This document shows positions 38,082 to 41,393 of a stretch of DNA of 41,393 bases, piece after piece. The translations under genes and the position numbers were made by a program. Under the pieces are notes generated by a model. That model did no database searches and was not told where the DNA came from. It saw only the letters and a list, made by a program, of their open reading frames with translations. The DNA is taken from NCBI GenBank assembly GCA_963662665.2, contig CAXXJS010000047.1:1-41393 (forward strand). Direction: 5' to 3'. The DNA is from Candidatus Latescibacterota bacterium. Lineage in GTDB: Bacteria; Latescibacterota; UBA2968; GCA-2709665. How positions within the stretch are numbered: position 1 is the stretch's first letter; the number at the start of each line of letters is the position of its first letter.

Positions 38082-39853
38082 CAGGAGGCCGCCTCCCCGG
38101 CGGGGTCACCCAGAAACGCCGCGCGGTAATCGGGATCTCGCCAAAGCTCGGCGTGCGGCGCCAGGCGCCGGACCTCGCCCTCGAATAGCCAGGCCACCAG
38201 GTCGGCGGCGGCGGCCGTGCTTGCCCGGTGGGCGATTATCACCGTCGTCCGGGATCTCCCAAGTTCCCGCAGCGCCGCCAGGACGCGCGCCTCGGTCGCC
38301 ACGTCCAGGCTGCTGAGCGCGTCGTCCAGAATCAGTACGGGCGTATCCCGCAGCGCGGCCCGTGCAAGCCCGAGCCGCTGGTGTTCGCCGCCGGACATCG
38401 GCGCTTCATCCAATCGGGTGTCGTATCCGCGGGGAAGGCGGCGGATGAATCCGTCGGCCTCCACCCCTTCCGCGGCGGTCTTCACGGTATCGTACGTGGT
38501 TTCGATGCCCAGTGCGATGACGTCGCGAATGGTGTCGCCGACAATCGCGGGCCGCTCAAAGGCATAGCCCACGCGGCGCGAGAGCGCATCGCGAGTCATT
38601 TCGGTAACCGGCGTACCATCGATGCGAACAACGCCCCGGTCCGGGTCCTGGAGCCGGCCGATCAGCCCGGCGAGCGTGGTCTTTCCAACGCCGGATTTGC
38701 CAACCAGCGCAACCGCCTTACCGGCGGGAATCCGGAGGTCCACGCGCCGGAGGATTTCTCGTTCCTCCCCGCCTACGGATACGTTTTCTATCCGGACCTC
38801 GCCAGGCCCTCCCGGATGGGGTTCGTGCGAACCGGGTTCCGGGACGGCGGCCGGGGATTGAAGAACGGCGAGAACACGGGCTGCGTGGGCACGGAAGTAG
38901 GCGATATGGAACCAGCCGTTATCCAGAACAGCGGCGACGCTGCCATAGACCATCTGCGCGTAGCGAATGGCGGCCAGAAGGGCGCCCGCGGTCAGGCCGC
39001 CCGCCGTCAGCAAAAATACGCCGGTCACGGCGGTAATCGTCAGGACGACGTGGTTGGCGCTGGTCACCAACACGGCGCCACGGGCGGCGCCCTCCATCAT
39101 CTCCCGCATTTTGCCCACCAGCTTCGGCAACGGCTCTGTAATGCGCTCGACCTCACGTTCGAGGGTGCCGGCCGCACGTATGGTGCGCCTTCCGGCGAGG
39201 GCGCCCGTGTACGCGTTTACCATACGGCTGTTCAACTCGTCGTATCCGGTCTGGCCGGCGGTCAACGCACCCATCAGTCGACGCATGAACAGGGTGACGG
39301 CCCCCACGCCGGCAAGCGCAACCACGACAAACAGCCAGTGGACGTAAGACAACGCGGCGAGACTGCCCGCCGCCGTGAGGATTCCCGTGCCGATTCTCAA
39401 CAGCGTCTCCGGATAACGCGGCAGGTGCGTCGCCTCGGAGCGAATCCGGTTCTGAAGGTCTCCGTCGTCGAACGGCCGCCGGCCGGGCAGGCCGAGGTCC
39501 AGCGCATGGTCGACCATTCCGAGCATCAGCCGCCCTTCAACGGCGGCGCGGAATCTGGCCCTTACCGGTTCCGCGACAATGTCAATGAACGCCGACAGAA
39601 CCATCGCCACCGCCAGTCCCCTGAAGCCCCATCCGATACGTCCTTCCACCGCGTCGTCGATGGCCAGGGCGGCCAGCGCCGGCGCCGCCAGACCTGCGCC
39701 GATGGTCAGGAGGCTGAGCACGGCGTCCAGAGCGAACCAGCGCCACGCCCCGTGGGCGTAGGGGCGCAGAAAACGCAATACCTCACGGATACCGGGCAAC
39801 GGCGGATCGGCCGGCTGACTGTTCGTGTTCCTGGTTCGATTCTCTTCAGGCAC
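38081..39853 (-). CDS. ABC exporter, TMD-NBD fusion (AmfA/AmfB, RamA/RamB-like partner)
   Basis: GKSGVGKTT, VGYAFERPA, MSGGEHQRLGLARA, ILDDALSSLDVATE, AHRASTAAAADLVAWL..HAELWRDPDYRA; start placed at GTG 39853 because the upstream extension is repeat-derived. Confidence 0.88.
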   Translation of the reverse strand: MPEENRTRNTNSQPADPPLPGIREVLRFLRPYAHGAWRWFALDAVLSLLTIGAGLAAPALAALAIDDAVEGRIGWGFRGLAVAMVLSAFIDIVAEPVRARFRAAVEGRLMLGMVDHALDLGLPGRRPFDDGDLQNRIRSEATHLPRYPETLLRIGTGILTAAGSLAALSYVHWLFVVVALAGVGAVTLFMRRLMGALTAGQTGYDELNSRMVNAYTGALAGRRTIRAAGTLEREVERITEPLPKLVGKMREMMEGAARGAVLVTSANHVVLTITAVTGVFLLTAGGLTAGALLAAIRYAQMVYGSVAAVLDNGWFHIAYFRAHAARVLAVLQSPAAVPEPGSHEPHPGGPGEVRIENVSVGGEEREILRRVDLRIPAGKAVALVGKSGVGKTTLAGLIGRLQDPDRGVVRIDGTPVTEMTRDALSRRVGYAFERPAIVGDTIRDVIALGIETTYDTVKTAAEGVEADGFIRRLPRGYDTRLDEAPMSGGEHQRLGLARAALRDTPVLILDDALSSLDVATEARVLAALRELGRSRTTVIIAHRASTAAAADLVAWLFEGEVRRLAPHAELWRDPDYRAAFLGDPAGEAAS

Positions 39854-39872
39854 TACTTCGCCACCTTTTGGA

Positions 39873-39988
39873 AACCTACCCCCTATCCCCCTTCCCGGGG
39901 AGAAGGGGGGAACCGTCATCCGCTCGCGGTGTCCTGCTTTTCTCCCCCTCTCCCCCCGGGAGAGGGGGCCAGGGGGAGAGGTCCCCCC
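39873..39988. repeat. Inverted doublet of family C palindromes
   Basis: ACCTACCCCCTATCCCCCTTCCCGGGGAGAAGGGGGG and CTCCCCCTCTCCCCCCGGGAGAGGGGGCCAGGGGGAGAGGT. Confidence 0.75.
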
Positions 39989-39990
39989 AT

Positions 39991-41152
39991 TCAATACATG
40001 TGAATGGCGCCGTCGGGCCCTTCGTAGCGGCGGGGGGCAGCACTTGATACGGCCGCGACTTTACCAGTTCCATATCCAGTTCGACGCCCAGTCCGGGCCG
40101 CCGCCCAGTTCCTCCACGTCCACGTAACCCCCCGACAGCGGCACCCTCGTCTTCTGCACGTCGTCGAACCACGGGCGCAGCCGGCAGTGCTCGAGGATTT
40201 CGAAATTCTGCATCGCGGCCGCCGCGTGGGCCGCTGCCGCCAGCGCCACCGGCCCATACGGATTGTGCGGCGCGATTCCGATTCCGTACACCTCAGCGAA
40301 ATGGGCGATCTTCATCAGTTCGCTGATCCCGCCGGCGTGGCAGACGTCCACCTGGCACACGTCCACCGCCTGTCTTTCGAGCCACTCCCGGCAGTCCCAC
40401 CGCGTGATCCACCGCTCACCCGCGGCAACCCGCATTCCCGGGAAGTCCCGTTTCAACCTGACGTACGGCTCAACCGTGCTCTGCTCGATGGGCTCTTCCA
40501 CGAAAAACAGGCCCAGCGACTGCAATTCGCGCATGAGGCGATGTGCCGCCGTGGGCGAGAACACGCCGCCGCAGTCGATCATCAGCGCCACGTCCGGGCC
40601 CAGCGCCTCCCGCAGCCGGGTCATCTCATTGACCGCCACGTCCACCTGGGCATCCATATCGAACGGCGCGACCGCCGGACCGTGTCCGTGCTTGAAGGCA
40701 TCGAAGCCTTCCTCCAGGGCCTGCGCAGCGTGTGCTTCCAGCGAATCCAGCCCTAGGTCCGCCCGCGCGTAGCACCGCACCCGGTCGCGGACCCTTCCGC
40801 CCAGCAGCCTGTATACGGGCTGTCCGGTTGCCTTCCCCACGATATCCCACAACGCCATGTCGATTCCACTGACCGCGCTCGTATGTACCACGCCCCGCTT
40901 CCACCAGAAGTCCCGGTACCCCAGTTGCCAGACGTACTCCACGTCCATTGGATTCATCCCCAGCAGTCTGGGTTTCAGCGCCATTTCCACCTGCGCCGCC
41001 ACGGCCGTTTCGTGGTGCTCCGTGGTGGCCTCCCCGATGCCGGTGATGCCGGCATCCGTCTCCACCTCCACGAATACCCAGTTCCGCCGGGGTGTGCGCC
41101 CGTCCGCCGCCGGGACGTTCATCACGTGCGCCCTGATGTCAGCGATCTTCAT
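39991..41152 (-). CDS. Mandelate racemase/MLE (enolase superfamily) dehydratase, DgoD-like; two 1-nt deletions near the 3' end
   Basis: RNWVFVEVETDAGITGIGE, SGIDMALWDI.GK..G.PVY.LLGG, FVEEP, AAGER, HAGGISE, APHNP; C-terminus continues RPGLGVELD then RRYEGPDGAIHMY* in shifted frames. Confidence 0.88.
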
Positions 41153-41153
41153 C

Positions 41154-41393
41154 TCAGCGCTCCTGTAGCAGCTCTTTCGATCTGAAGAATTCCCTGAGGC
41201 CTTCCATCTCTTCGTCGTTCATCGAGTAGTAGGGTTTCCGGCGCCAGCGCTTCGCCACGCCGAAGATCTCCATCGCCCCGTGGAACCCCGCGTTCCATCC
41301 ACCGGTCAGCGTGCCGATATAGTCGAAAAAAGGCATGTCGTAATCCCTGATGATCACCCTTGCCGCTTCCACGTCCGCTTTGTTGATCGCGCT
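41154..41393 (-). CDS. C-terminal fragment, probably dihydrodipicolinate synthase/aldolase family
   Basis: Frame open to window end; DVEAARVII..HGAMEIFG..RKPY..M.DEE...LREFF resembles DHDPS-family C-termini; 1 bp from next gene. Confidence 0.5.
   Translation of the reverse strand, partial: SAINKADVEAARVIIRDYDMPFFDYIGTLTGGWNAGFHGAMEIFGVAKRWRRKPYYSMNDEEMEGLREFFRSKELLQER

Noticed and set aside
39854-39994. N-terminal extension of the ABC transporter ORF
   Set aside because: Derived from family C palindromes; true start more likely GTG 39853

Overview
GC-rich bacterial window. The gene mix (PhyH, Gfo/Idh/MocA, heparinase-like, BNR, enolase-family) resembles sponge-associated Latescibacterota/Gemmatimonadota-like MAGs; this is inference only. 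Left half: a surface-glycan biosynthesis and modification region (SDR epimerase, NDP-sugar C-methyltransferase, GT2, YfhO-like GT-C, Wzx flippase, PhyH dioxygenase, TylF-like O-methyltransferase with an in-frame stop, SAM methyltransferase, GT4, membrane-TPR protein), interrupted by an AddAB/AdnAB-like nuclease-helicase pair. Middle: sigma54-type hsp20 and a BrnT/BrnA toxin-antitoxin pair. Right half: catabolic genes (homocysteine S-methyltransferase, atypical SHMT-fold PLP enzyme, BNR sialidase-like, heparinase II/III-like, two Gfo/Idh/MocA, enolase-family dehydratase, DHDPS-like fragment), a DUF559 nuclease boxed by perfect inverted repeats, a secreted TPR protein and an orphan AmfA/AmfB(RamA/B)-like ABC exporter pair. 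Intergenic DNA is packed with at least six families of palindromic or heptamer repeats. Four single-base deletions in short homopolymers suggest long-read assembly errors. No rRNA, tRNA, cas genes or true CRISPR array seen. Best novel-system candidate: the DUF559 nuclease with cognate REP/REPIN-like palindromes.
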